From positions 412,362,001 to 412,426,000 of the forward strand of contig OZ024741.1 of NCBI GenBank assembly GCA_964016885.1: DNA of 64,000 nucleotides, read 5' to 3'. The notes beneath the pieces are model-generated. The model was not told the DNA's origin. It worked only from the letters and a program-made list of their open reading frames with translations, and did no database searches. A program made the translations under genes and the position numbers. Source of the stretch: Eledone cirrhosa (Eukaryota). Shown here one piece after another: positions 52,913 to 64,000 of the stretch. Each line of letters begins with the position of its first letter. Positions within the stretch are counted from its first letter, which is position 1.

Positions 52913-54271
52913 CTCCACGTGATTTTTGTGTGGCATTATCACACTGTAGACGAACATAAATAAACAAACAAACAAACAGGCCCCCCCCCCCCAAAAAAAT
53001 GAATAATCATAAGTTTCTTTGTAATGTAGTGTTTGAATGTCTGACTTAGTTTTTCCCTTCCCTTCTCTGTCCGTCTGTTTGTTTTTCTCTTCATTCTTAT
53101 TTTCTTTACGTTTTTCGTTGTTGCTGTGCTGCTTTGATTTTGATTTTTGTTTTTTTGATTTTGACCGGGTCATCAATTCATTCTATTTATATATTTTGAT
53201 GCCTTCCTCTTTTAGTGGGGATTCTACAATGTAGCAGGGGTAGCGGGAGAGAATAGCGGCGGTAGTGATAATGAGGCAGTGGTGGTGGTGGTGGTGGCGG
53301 TGCTGTGCTAGCAGCAACTAGCAGGAGGTAGTGGGAGAGAATAGCGGCGGTAGCGATAATGAGGCAGTGGTGATGTGATCGTATTACTGTAGTGATGGTG
53401 TTGAAGTTGGAGTAGAAATAGCGGTTGAGTCGACTTGACCAGTGTTTTCATCGTGGTAGTGGTGGTGGTGTTGGTGATGAAATTATCTTTAGTTATTTAG
53501 TCATTTTGTCATTTTCCTCCTTTTTGACTCTAACATTCCTGATCCAAAATTAAATATTAATCTTGTTTATTAATATTGTCTAGTGATACCGCCATCTTCC
53601 CCTTTCGTAAGTTAACAGAAGGTAATGGGGGGATAGCGGTGGTAGCAATGAAGTAGTGGTGGCGGCGGTGATGGGATAGTGGTAGTAATGATGGATGGGC
53701 GGCGGCGGTGACTCTAGTGATGGCGTTGTCGTTACTGAGTTTTGTTGAATAGGCTGTATTTTTGTTTGATCGGTGAATCTATGGGGTTAGTCGCGTATAT
53801 GTGTTGACAAATTTTCTTAATATTGGAAGTAAACATTTTGTTAAAACTTGAGACAATAATAATAGTAATTATTATTATTATGCTGAGATTGGTGGTGGTG
53901 GTGGTGAAATTGCCGTTATCTGGCTGTTCTGTTTAGTGTACACAGAGGGGTGATGGGGTAGGTGGTGTATCTAGTTTCTGGTGTTGGTGAAATTGCTGTT
54001 ATTTGGCTGTTCTATATAGTGTAGACAGAGGGGGTTTTCTTCCATTTATAACCATTTTCTTTTTTGAATATAAAATGTATAATACAAAATTGAATATTTG
54101 AGCGATATAACAATATATTATGGATCCGAATTTTTTGGGGACTTAAGCCGGATGCTTTATGTATCATTTGTACTAAGAATTGTTATTTCACAATTGATTT
54201 AAATATGTTAAAAATCAAAACTTACGGGAGCGATTTCACGACCTTCTATCCACCATGTGCGTCTTCGTCCC

Positions 54272-54333
<62 letters not shown>

Positions 54334-54343
54334 GTTGTTGTTA

Positions 54344-55990
54344 TTCCTTGAATCTCAGTCATTGATGTTGGTTAACTGGAAAGTCCGTTGGATTGAATAT
54401 CAAGCCACTACCTGCAGCCTCAGATATTCAGGACGTATCGGAGGGTTCTTGCTGTTCCAAGCAAGCATGCCTTTTGAAGCGTTCCAAAAAGCGTGAAGGG
54501 GCCGATTTTCTTTAACCATCCCTGGAAACTTTTGGAGATAGTCCCCAGTGCGCCTATGACAATCGGGATCACTTTGACTTCATGGCAGTACCAAATCCTT
54601 TTCACCTCCCACTTTAGGTCCTGGTATCGGTTAATTTTCTCCCTCTCCTTCTCTTGCACTCTCGTGTCGAACGGGCAGGCCACATCCACAATCAGACACG
54701 ATCTTTTTTCTTTGTCCACAACCACCAGGTCAGGTCTATTGTGTTCCAGTTTTTTGTCCGTCTGTATCCTAAAATACCACAGCACCTTCACCTGATTGTT
54801 CTCCATCACCGCCTCTGGCCTATGCTCATACCATTTCTCAGAATGTGGTAAATTGTTTACTTTGCACAGGTGCCAGTGGATCACCCTGCCCATCACATCG
54901 TGTCTCCAGCCCTTATAGTGGGTCTGGGCTAGGTGTTTACACTCGGACACAATGTGAGCCACAGTCTCCTCTCTCTCTCCACAGATCCTGCACAGTGGGC
55001 TAGCCTCCTCCTTGTTAATATGGTGCTTCAACCACTTCGTTTTGAGGGCCTGCTCCTGCGCAGCCATTAGCATTCCTTCTGTAGCCTTTTTGAGGTCTCC
55101 TCTTCTCAACCAGTTCCATGTCTGTGGATCTCTAAATTCAGTTTTCTCAAAGAAGGTACTATGAAGGGATTTTCCCTTAAGGCTGCTCTTCCTCCTTGAT
55201 GTTATTTCCTCCTTGGACATCCCCTGGCCTACTGTCCCCTCCTTCAGTACAGCTCTGAGCATTGGCTCCTTACTATAGGTCACGTATTTGTATAGGTTGT
55301 TTTTCTCCATCTGAACACAGTCCTCTATGCTGATAAGACCTCTTCCACCCTCAGATCTCCTTAGGTAGAGTCTATCGACATCACTCCTCTTGTGGAACAT
55401 GTTGTAGATAGTCAATAGCTTCCTAGTCTTCCTATCCATTTCTTTTTGTTCAGCAACATTCCATCTCAGAATTCCCGCACTGTACCTAATAATAGACACA
55501 GCTCGGGAATTTACTGCGCTTATGGCATTTCTGCTGTTCAGATGTGACTTCAATACGCTCCTTACTCTCCGAATGTATTCAGTTCTTAACAATTCCTTCA
55601 TTTTTTTGTTCTTTATGCCATCAGCCTCCAGAACGCCCAAATACTTGTATCCTTCCTCAGAGTCAATTTCCTTTATCATCTCACCTGTTGGTATCTGGAT
55701 CCCGTTACTTCTGCTCAACCTACCCCTCCTCATCACAATGACTCCACATTTACCAATACCAAACTGCATACATATATCACTGCTGAAAATACGGACAGTG
55801 TCAACAAGCACATCCAACTCCTTCTCACTTTTCCCGAAGAGCTTAAGATCGTCCATGAAGAGGAGGTGATTGATGGTAAGCTCTCCCCTTCCCAACTTGT
55901 ATCCTGCTCTCACTTTTCGCAGCATGATGGTCAAGGGCATCAGGGCAAGGACAAACAACAGAGGGGACAGGCTATCTCCCTGGAAGATAC
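54344..55990 (-). mobile_element. R4/Dong-like family B, 5'-truncated, open RT C-half + RLE
   Basis: IFQGDSLSPLLF through LLGTARTLRYVLNI is uninterrupted. (TTA)n lies at the 3' end and (CTT)n/(TTA)n at the 5' end. Confidence 0.93.
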
Positions 55991-56018
55991 TATTCTTCCT
56001 CTTCTTCTTCTTCTTCTT

Positions 56019-56049
<31 letters not shown>

Positions 56050-56087
56050 TTATTATTATTATTATTATTTCCATTATTATTTTTATT

Positions 56088-56232
56088 GCGCATCATTACC
56101 GCTTTACTGAACACAGCTCTGTGTGCCTTGGGTATGAGCAGTGTAGTTTTTGTTGATGTTGTTTCTATGGTATTCAGAGCACTTTTCGTAATATGCATGC
56201 TGTGCCTAGTAGTGCTATCTTTTGTATGGTGC
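56088..56232 (-). mobile_element. R4-like family C 3' stub
   Basis: [17 protein letters not shown] followed by a 3' UTR abutting (TTA)n. Confidence 0.65.
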
Positions 56233-56234
56233 GC

Positions 56235-56269
<35 letters not shown>

Positions 56270-56271
<2 letters not shown>

Positions 56272-56734
56272 TTATCCCGGGTCCAATCAAGGGTAACCAC
56301 AGTAAGTAAGGTACTCAATACAAAGCAGAGTATAAATGTTTAATATAGAAAAGCTTCTACAGGACTAGAACTGTTTCATTCATGAGAAATCATCAGGAAG
56401 CTAACTGTCCAAGTAAATGTGGTGGTATTTATATCTTTTCTGGTGGTAGGAGGTGGTGGGGATTGGGATGGGTTTAAAGAAAAAGGAATTCATTAAAAGT
56501 TAATTCCTTAAAGCTATAATTATATTTAGACTGACAAAGGCAGAAAGAATTCTATAAACAAGTTCAAATTGGAGTGCCACTCCTTATTTTTAAGTTTCTG
56601 TTAAGATACTTAACCCCCTCCTACCGCCAGAAAAGATATAAATACCACTATATTTACTTGGACAGTCAGGTTCCTGATGCTTTCTCACGAATGAAACAGT
56701 TCTAGTCCTGTACAAGCTTTTCTATATTAAATAT
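56270..56734. mobile_element. Penelope-like remnant with inverted terminal segments carrying hammerhead-like cores
   Basis: Arms 56336-56453 and 56617-56734 are inverted, each with ctgatg(a/c)tttctca.gaatgaaacagttctagtc; flanked by (TA)n. Confidence 0.6.
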
Positions 56735-56740
56735 ATATAT

Positions 56741-57578
56741 ATACAAATGAATATATGATAGGGACAAATACTGATACAAGTATACATGTGTTCGTATTGC
56801 AAATGACCAAATTAGCTAGATTGAAAAATACTATTTAAAATAATACGGTTTGCCTGTCTCGATTTAAAATAATAAATCAATAAAAACAAACCTATATTGG
56901 CAATAGCCGTGAGACCCGGACAAATTTTAAATTTGTTTCGCAACAATTAAGTGAAAGTTACTATTCCTGTGCTCTTCTGCGGGTATCCAGAAATTGGTAA
57001 GTTAAAATTCAAAATACTTAAGAAGACTGAGAAAAATGTGTTTTTGAACGCACATGTGTCACAGCGCCTAGCTCGTCCCATACTCGTGTCGCTAAAAATA
57101 GCAGCCGGTTTTATGGGACTAAAAATTAGCTCTACGTATGGAGCCGAGAATATTATATATAGAGTTATAAACTCTAAATATTATATATAGAGTTTATAAC
57201 TCGCGTATGGGACGAGCTAGGGACGAGCGGCATGAGTATGGGACGAGCTAGGCGCTGTGACACATGTGCGTTCAAAAACACATTTCTATCAGTCTTCTTA
57301 AGTATTTTGAAGTGAAACTTACCAGTTTCTGGATACCCGCAGAAGAGCACAGGAATCGTAACTTTCACTTAATTGTTGCGAAACAAATTTAAAATTTGTC
57401 CGGGTATCACGGCTATTGCCAATATAGGTCTGTTTTTATTGATTTATTATTTTAAATCGAGACAGGCAAACCGTATTATTTTAATTAGTAATTTTCAATC
57501 TAGCTAACTTGGTCATTTGCAATACGAACACATGTATACTTGTATCAGTATTTATCCCTATCATATATTCATTTGTAT
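56741..57578. mobile_element. Foldback/MITE-like element with ~353-bp inverted arms
   Basis: Arms 56741-57093 and 57226-57578. Mirrored ORFs MKVTIPVLFCGYPE occur on both strands. Confidence 0.88.
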
Positions 57579-57642
57579 TACATGGCCTGGAAATATTCCT
57601 TTCTTTGAGCTATTTAATTGTAAAAGTCTATTTTGAGTTTAT

Positions 57643-57644
<2 letters not shown>

Positions 57645-57738
<94 letters not shown>

Positions 57739-57821
57739 CTATATATATATATATTTCTATATATATATATTTCTATATATATATTTATATATATATATAT
57801 TTATATATATTTATATATATA

Positions 57822-57889
<68 letters not shown>

Positions 57890-57902
57890 GTGTGTGTGTG
57901 TA
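57645..57902. repeat. (CT)n(TA)n(TG)n microsatellite
   Basis: Read directly from the sequence. Confidence 0.95.
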
Positions 57903-57914
57903 AGTCTTGGGGGT

Positions 57915-58100
57915 AATCTATATAATTTGTGTGCAGTACCTAGTAGTGCTATCTTTTGTAAGCTGTATATATTTGTAAGTCCTGGGGTTTTGATTATGTA
58001 TTTGTCTGTGTGTTTTTTTTCATTCCTAAAGCACCTATTATTATAGGTATTGTTTCTGTTTTCAACATTCGAGTTATTTCTATTTCTAGATCTTTATATC
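57915..58100 (-). mobile_element. R4-like RLE C-terminal fragment directly downstream of the channel stop codon
   Basis: [23 protein letters not shown]...[11 protein letters not shown]. Confidence 0.75.
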
Positions 58101-58133
58101 ATGATCATCACATTGGCTGGGATATTAAACGTC

Positions 58134-59348
58134 TCATAATGCAGAACTCGGCATATCATTTATATTTTGTCCGTAGACGAATTGTTGGTTTTCGTCTTCA
58201 TGAAAAGTGTTGTCAAGTTCTAATACATCCCGTCTATTTTTGTGAGATATGGAATTATAGTCCCTTTTGAAATCATCCTTTAACCGATACTGACCGTTTG
58301 TTACCAATCCGTTATTTTTTCGGGGTGTTAAGCTTTGAGTCAGACCTGCCCGCAACCGTCTATGGCTGTCGCTGTTGGCGATACCTTCATAAGAAGGGGG
58401 TGGACTGTTTGACAGGATGGTTTGAACTGGTTGATCTAAATCAACTTTTGTTGTGGCCACTGTAGCTTTGGGCTTTGGAGAACTTTCTGCTATTTCTTTG
58501 CCTCCTCTTGAGATTGAATTATTTCCGTTTGGTTTCGCTTCAATTAAATTTCTTAGTTCTTTCATTTCTTTCTGAATTATCTTCTCGCGTCTCTTGGCTG
58601 CCCTCATCGAACGCATGTGTGTATAATACATGACGAAATGATTCACGATTATAGGGACCGTGAAACCGACCATTAAGAGACCAGTGATTGCGCATAGCGA
58701 ACCAACTAGATAGCCCCAGCTACTCTCTGGGTACATATCCCCGTAACCAACGGTTGTCATGGTGATCAACGCCCACCACAGCCCGATAGGAATGTTGGAG
58801 AATGATCTCTCTCCGGTATAAAAAATGAGAGTGGCAAACACAATCATACCTACTACCATAAAGCCGACCATCAGAAGCAATTCACAGAAGCTGGCTTTGA
58901 AGGTGTAGAAGAGAATCCATAATCCTGGTACATAACGAATCAAACGGAAGATCCTGAAAGCACGAGCTATTCTTAAGAAATTGGCGTAATTCATCACCTC
59001 AGTCGCCAATTCTATGTTTGTGGTGTAGCCAACAATCAGATCAACGTAGTCAGGCAGCAACGACGTCAAATCTACGATATTCAGGAAATTAGTGAGAAAC
59101 GTTTTCCGGTTTGGACTCGAAATGAATCTGAATGTCAACTCACACGTGAAGAACACCACACAAATCAAATCAATTATGATCAAAGCAGGGTGGGGCACCG
59201 TGACTGGTAAATCCAGATCCATGGTGGTGTTTCTGTGTAATCGTCCCAGAAAATCTCGGGTGCCTTCTATCCGACAGGCAGGGTGGGTAGCTGTGATGAA
59301 AGATATCACGGACAGTAGGATGAACGCTACTGCTGTCATTCCATAAAT
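58134..59348 (-). CDS. Terminal coding exon of a Shaw/Kv3-like voltage-gated potassium channel (S1-S6 + C-tail)
   Basis: Acceptor ttcgttctgtttccag|ATT TAT GGA (phase 0, 1215 nt to the stop). S4 is LRIARAFRIFRLIR, the pore is NIPIGLWWALITMTTVGYGDMYP and S6 is LCAITGLLMVGFTVPIIVNHF. The T1 domain is not in the window. Confidence 0.93.
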   Translation of the reverse strand: MYGMTAVAFILLSVISFITATHPACRIEGTRDFLGRLHRNTTMDLDLPVTVPHPALIIIDLICVVFFTCELTFRFISSPNRKTFLTNFLNIVDLTSLLPDYVDLIVGYTTNIELATEVMNYANFLRIARAFRIFRLIRYVPGLWILFYTFKASFCELLLMVGFMVVGMIVFATLIFYTGERSFSNIPIGLWWALITMTTVGYGDMYPESSWGYLVGSLCAITGLLMVGFTVPIIVNHFVMYYTHMRSMRAAKRREKIIQKEMKELRNLIEAKPNGNNSISRGGKEIAESSPKPKATVATTKVDLDQPVQTILSNSPPPSYEGIANSDSHRRLRAGLTQSLTPRKNNGLVTNGQYRLKDDFKRDYNSISHKNRRDVLELDNTFHEDENQQFVYGQNINDMPSSAL

Positions 59349-59495
59349 CTGGAAACAGAACGAAAGAGAAAAAGAAATTCAAACATGAAACATATTACAA
59401 TTTCTATAAATATAGTAAAAGAAAAAGTAAAGAAGCAATCGTCGGATCGGACCAAGAAAATTATTTTTCCATTGGTCTTTTTAATGCAACTCATG

Positions 59496-59614
<119 letters not shown>

Positions 59615-59744
59615 CATAACGAAGGAAATGTGGTAAGGAACCAGGTGGACCATAACGCACCAAAGTACTCAATACTTAGGGTAGTAGAGTGGGTATATAT
59701 ATATATATTTGGAGAGAGAGTGTGTATGTATGTGTGTTCCACAA

Positions 59745-60195
59745 CAAATAAACAAACTATACTTGAGAACATGCGTTTCACCGGATATATTTCTGTAAGA
59801 TATTTATTCTTTCATTGAAGAACAGCTTACAGGATCTCGTTCCATTTCTGTATGGTCTCGATTTACTGAGGATTTTCCATTGAGTCGAGAACTTTACGTC
59901 TGCATCCTTGAGTGACAATACGTGGCTTGCCAGCTTCGTGGACGATCGTTGGTCAGAGAGTCTAAAGGTTGTCTGATGGTTAAAGAAGTGTTCTTTAAAC
60001 CACCCTTCTCGCTTGGAGTTAGAAATAATATGGGTAATAAATTCTAAGCGTTACTAGACAAGCACATCACTATAGGGCATAAATACAGATCTACCTTTCA
60101 CAGACACAGGGTGAAACTCGCATATTCACGTGCTAAAAATATGAAAGCCCATATCACCACCAACCTCAAGAGTGCTCTCGCCCCCAAACCGGATG
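59745..60195. mobile_element. Penelope-like element fragments in inverted arrangement (GIY-YIG C-terminus on minus, linker on plus)
   Basis: Minus ~60000-59800 reads FKEHFFNHQTTFR...STKLASHVLSLKD...WKILSKSRPY...CKL..NE. Plus ~60078-60165 reads HKYRSTFHRHRVKLAYSRAKNMKAHI. Confidence 0.75.
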
Positions 60196-61014
60196 CACTT
60201 GTGTATGTGTATATGTATATGTGTATATAGTGTGTGTACGTCCGTATCTATCTAGCCCCCCCTCTCTCTCTCTCTCTATATATATATATGATTTTAAGGA
60301 TAGGTGATCAGTACCAGATGGTTTATTGTATAAAACAATTGAAATAGTTACAACATTATATATAAAACACCTTTTATATCATTTAAACCTACCTTTTATT
60401 TAGTAGACATTCACCTGTTATGACAGGGTTAAGTATCCGACCAGCTTTCAGGTGGTTTTCTCTTTATAAAAGATATGAGGCAGTTTACGACAATGAAGAA
60501 TTTGCCGTGACAAAATGTATTGAATAGAAATATAAAGTTTTCCGATCTTTGATAGATACGTTTGAATAATTATTATAATCAGTTACTGTTTTGTTATATT
60601 TGCGTAGTTACCACATTTTAACGGAAGTGTTAATATACATTATTCATATTGAATCACATCTTCTTCAAGACAAACAAAATAATTTACATAAAAGAGTAAT
60701 GTTTAAAGCTTTTGTTCAAATGTGTTGTCTTTAATAAGAGAATAAATAAAACTTGTTATTTTCCCATAGTTAAATAGATTGTATTAACGGAAGATAAGTG
60801 TTATGTTCTTTGAAAGAATTCTATTGCCACGTGTAAATCTTTATATTTACAGGTATTTTGGGGTTTACGAAGAGAATTTTAGTGACATTTTGCCATAACA
60901 TTGTTATGTACACATACATCTATACATACATATGTACATACATATATACATACATATTAACATACATACATACATACATACATACATACATACATACATA
61001 CATACATACATACA

Positions 61015-61622
61015 TGGTGGCTGCCAACTCGTTTTCGAGTACGGCCACTACTTTATATCAATGTAGGAGAACTCCTACCGATGCGCTGAACGAGTGTGAC
61101 TTTTTAGTCCAGCCAGCGACTTAAACTCTGGTACAAACACTACACTTGTGACAAATATTGATACATAGTGCTGGGCCCATGATACCATGTGATGACAAGT
61201 GCAGAGAGATCTCCAGATATAAAAAAATGCCTGTGCCGTGAAGCTTTTATAGTGAGCAAAGGCACTGCTCAAAGCCAGTCCCACTCTCTTAACCAAGATG
61301 ATATTTACCAAAAAGAAGAACAAGTCAACATCATTGGATACCATCAGAGTTGCAGGTGTTATATCAGAGTTTTCCTTCTCCTAGAATTCTGCCTTGACAA
61401 AGGCTAAGGGGTCATCTCTCCCGGTGATTTTGGATGGCCATTGACTCTTAAGAGCTTCTTTGCCCTTTGACAGGTTTTGTTTTTAGTCCTGCAGGATGTC
61501 CAAAGTCACCCTCCTCACCAAGAAACCTTGGTGGGGTTGCCAGTTTAGTCGCCAACGACCCGACCATGAGACAGGTTGTACTGGGATACATGTTACCAGT
61601 AGCACCAACTGGTGACCTGACA
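61015..61622 (-). mobile_element. Full-length copy of the ~610-bp RTE-derived non-autonomous element
   Basis: Same termini as 23409-24017; (TACA)n on both sides. Confidence 0.82.
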
Positions 61623-61704
61623 TAATACATACATACATACATACATACATACATACATACATACATACATACATACATACATACATACATACATACATAC
61701 ATAC

Positions 61705-63092
61705 GAAATCCGAGCAGTTGATGTTGGAACTCGAAAAATACTGAACAACACCGGAAACTTCCACATCAGCAGTGACATAGACCGCCTTTACTTGAAACGT
61801 AGGCAGGGAGGCAGAGGCCTAACATCAGTCCAGACAACATTTGAATGTCGCATCATATCTCTCCGACAACATCTACGAACCTCGAAGCGTAGGAGCCCGC
61901 TTCTCGAGCAAGTCTATCTGCATGAAACAGATAAGATCATGAGAGTTGGGAAGGAACTCCTTGAGAGTTATTCCCTGTGTGATAATCAAAAACTCACACC
62001 CAGGGATGTCGCTCAGCAGTATCGCAGTGAATCCATGGATGAAAAACTGCATGCCTATCAGCAAAAAATCATGCATGGATATGTTGCCAGGAAGCTCCAG
62101 AGTGAGAGTAATATAGATAAGGAAAGTAGTCTATCTTGGACCAACAACCGCTATATTGGCTCCCACTTTGAAGGATACGCTTTTGCAATCCAAGAACAGG
62201 AGATTAGCACGAAATACCTGATTCACAAAAGAGATACAGGCAAAACACCTAGATGTGATAACAAGTGCAGACTCTGCAGAACTAACATCGAGGATATCAC
62301 CCATGTCATCAGCAGCTGCCCAAAGATGTCATCGCGGTACTATCTACCTATGAGGCATGATGTAGTGGCCAAAACACTGTACAATGCAGTTCGTAAAAAA
62401 GATAGCCCCGATGATAAACACATTAAAAGCTACAACAATGTGGAAGACATCCATGTACATAATATGAAAGAGTACTGGTGGAATGTTCCAGTAAAAACCC
62501 CAATAAAATGCAGGCATAACAGACCAGATATCATGATATGGGACAGGGAGAAGAAAACATGCACAGTAGTGGAAATTAGCTGCCCAGCAGATGCCAATAT
62601 AATATCAAAGATTAGTGAAAAGGAGAATATTTATGCAGGACTGATGAGAAATCTGCAGATACTCCACCCTGACTACACCTTCAGATTTATGCCTGTGATT
62701 ATTGGGGCACTGGGATATGTTAGTAACTGCCTCAATACAAATCTTGAGAAGCTAGGCTTCACAGGAACAGAAAGAACACAACTAGTTAGGAAATTACAAG
62801 TACAATCCATTAATGGAACAGTAAAAATATGTAAAACATTCCAAAAAATTTGCATCTAATAACTGCATATACACATGTACAGATACAAAGCATATACACA
62901 TGCACACATACAACTCAAAACATCCACATCCATACATACAATAACATCCATATCTACACATGCATGCATGCAGACATACATACATATCTACCTAGTTGAT
63001 GTGTAAATTCCAATGAGAGAGTCTTGTGTCTATGTTAGAAACCGACTCTCTCTCTATTGGTAAAACTTTGTGAAATTATAAAACCAGAAGAA
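61705..63092 (+). mobile_element. R4-like RLE retrotransposon family D, 5'-truncated, in (CATA)n
   Basis: ORF 61792-62859 reads RQGGRGL, FAIQEQEI, CRLC..EDITHVISSC, RHD, RPDI, VEISCP; pure (CATA)n on both sides. Confidence 0.92.
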
Positions 63093-63158
63093 CATACATA
63101 CATACATACATACATACATACATACATACATACATACATACATACATACATACATACA

Positions 63159-63967
63159 TTTATAATTTCACAAATATTTGCCAATAGAGAGAGAGTCGGT
63201 TTCTAACATAGTTACAAGACTCTGTCATTGGAATTTACACATCAACTAGGTAGATATGTTTGCATGTCTGCATGCATGCATGTGCGCAGATAGGGATGTT
63301 ATTGTATGTGTGGATGTGGATGTTTTGAGTATACGCTTTGTATCTGTACATGTGTATATGCAGTTATTAGATGCAACATTTTTGGAATGTTTTACATATT
63401 TTTACTATTCCATTAATGGATTATACTTGTAGTTTCCTAACTAGTTGTGTTCTTTCTGTTCCTGTGAACCCTAGCTTCTCAAGGTTTGTACTGAGGCAGT
63501 TACTAACATATGACAGTTCTCCAATAATCACAGGCATAAAACTGAAGGTATAGTCAGGGTGGAGTATCTTCAGATTTCTCATTAGTTCTGCATAAATATT
63601 CTCCTTTTCGCTAATCTTTGAAATTATATTGGCATCTGCTGGGCAGCTAACTTCCACTACTGTGCATGCCTTATTTTCCCTGTCCCATATCATTATATCT
63701 GGTCTGTTATGCCTGCATTTTATTGGTGTTTTACTGGAACATTCCACCAGTACTCTTTCATATTATGTATATTATGTACATTGCTGTAGCTTTTAATGTG
63801 TTTATTAACGGAGCTATCTTATCTACGGATTGCATTGTACAGTGTTTTGGCCACTACATCATGCCTCATAGGTAGATAGTACCGCGATGACATCTTTGGA
63901 CAGCTGCTGATGACATGGGTGACATCTTCGATGTTAATTCTGCAGAGTCTGCACTTCTTGTCACATC
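63159..63967 (-). mobile_element. R4-like family D, second copy, inverted tail-to-tail
   Basis: ORF 63421-63747 is near-identical to the C-terminus of 61792-62859. The 5' flank is (CATA)n on its own strand. Confidence 0.92.
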
Positions 63968-64000
63968 ATGTATGTATGTATGTATGTATGTATGTATGTA

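Noticed and set aside
54420-56318. 632-aa ORF as a single protein
   Set aside because: It is chimeric: the N-terminal part runs through (TA)n, a family C stub and (TAA)/(GAA) tracts. Only 54420-55990 is retrotransposon coding.
60430-60465. Hammerhead half-motif (gaaagctggtcgga on minus)
   Set aside because: No CUGANGA partner was found upstream.

Overview
Eukaryotic, AT-rich and repeat-saturated DNA. The repeat families and microsatellite load suggest a cephalopod (octopus-like) genome, which is an inference. The only clear host gene is a large terminal coding exon (S1-S6 plus C-tail, 58134-59348, minus strand) of a Shaw/Kv3-like voltage-gated K+ channel with a non-canonical S6 gate (TVP instead of PVP); its T1 exon lies outside the window. 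The rest is transposable elements: RTE-type LINEs (including a near-complete copy with three C2H2 fingers inside a 5-kb tandem duplication), R4/Dong-type RLE retrotransposons in (TAA)n and (CATA)n tracts, tRNA-derived SINEs, Helitrons, Penelope remnants with hammerhead-like motifs, CR1, CRE and Tigger fragments, a foldback element and minisatellites. There is also a ~5-6 kb segmental triplication carrying exon-like cassettes. The most interesting themes are (i) SINE tails and microsatellites acting as landing pads for sequence-specific retrotransposons, (ii) a 610-bp bipartite RTE-derived element family, (iii) several ribozyme-like folds, and (iv) three long inverted repeats around the K+ channel exon that could form dsRNA. 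All calls are by eye, with no database searches.
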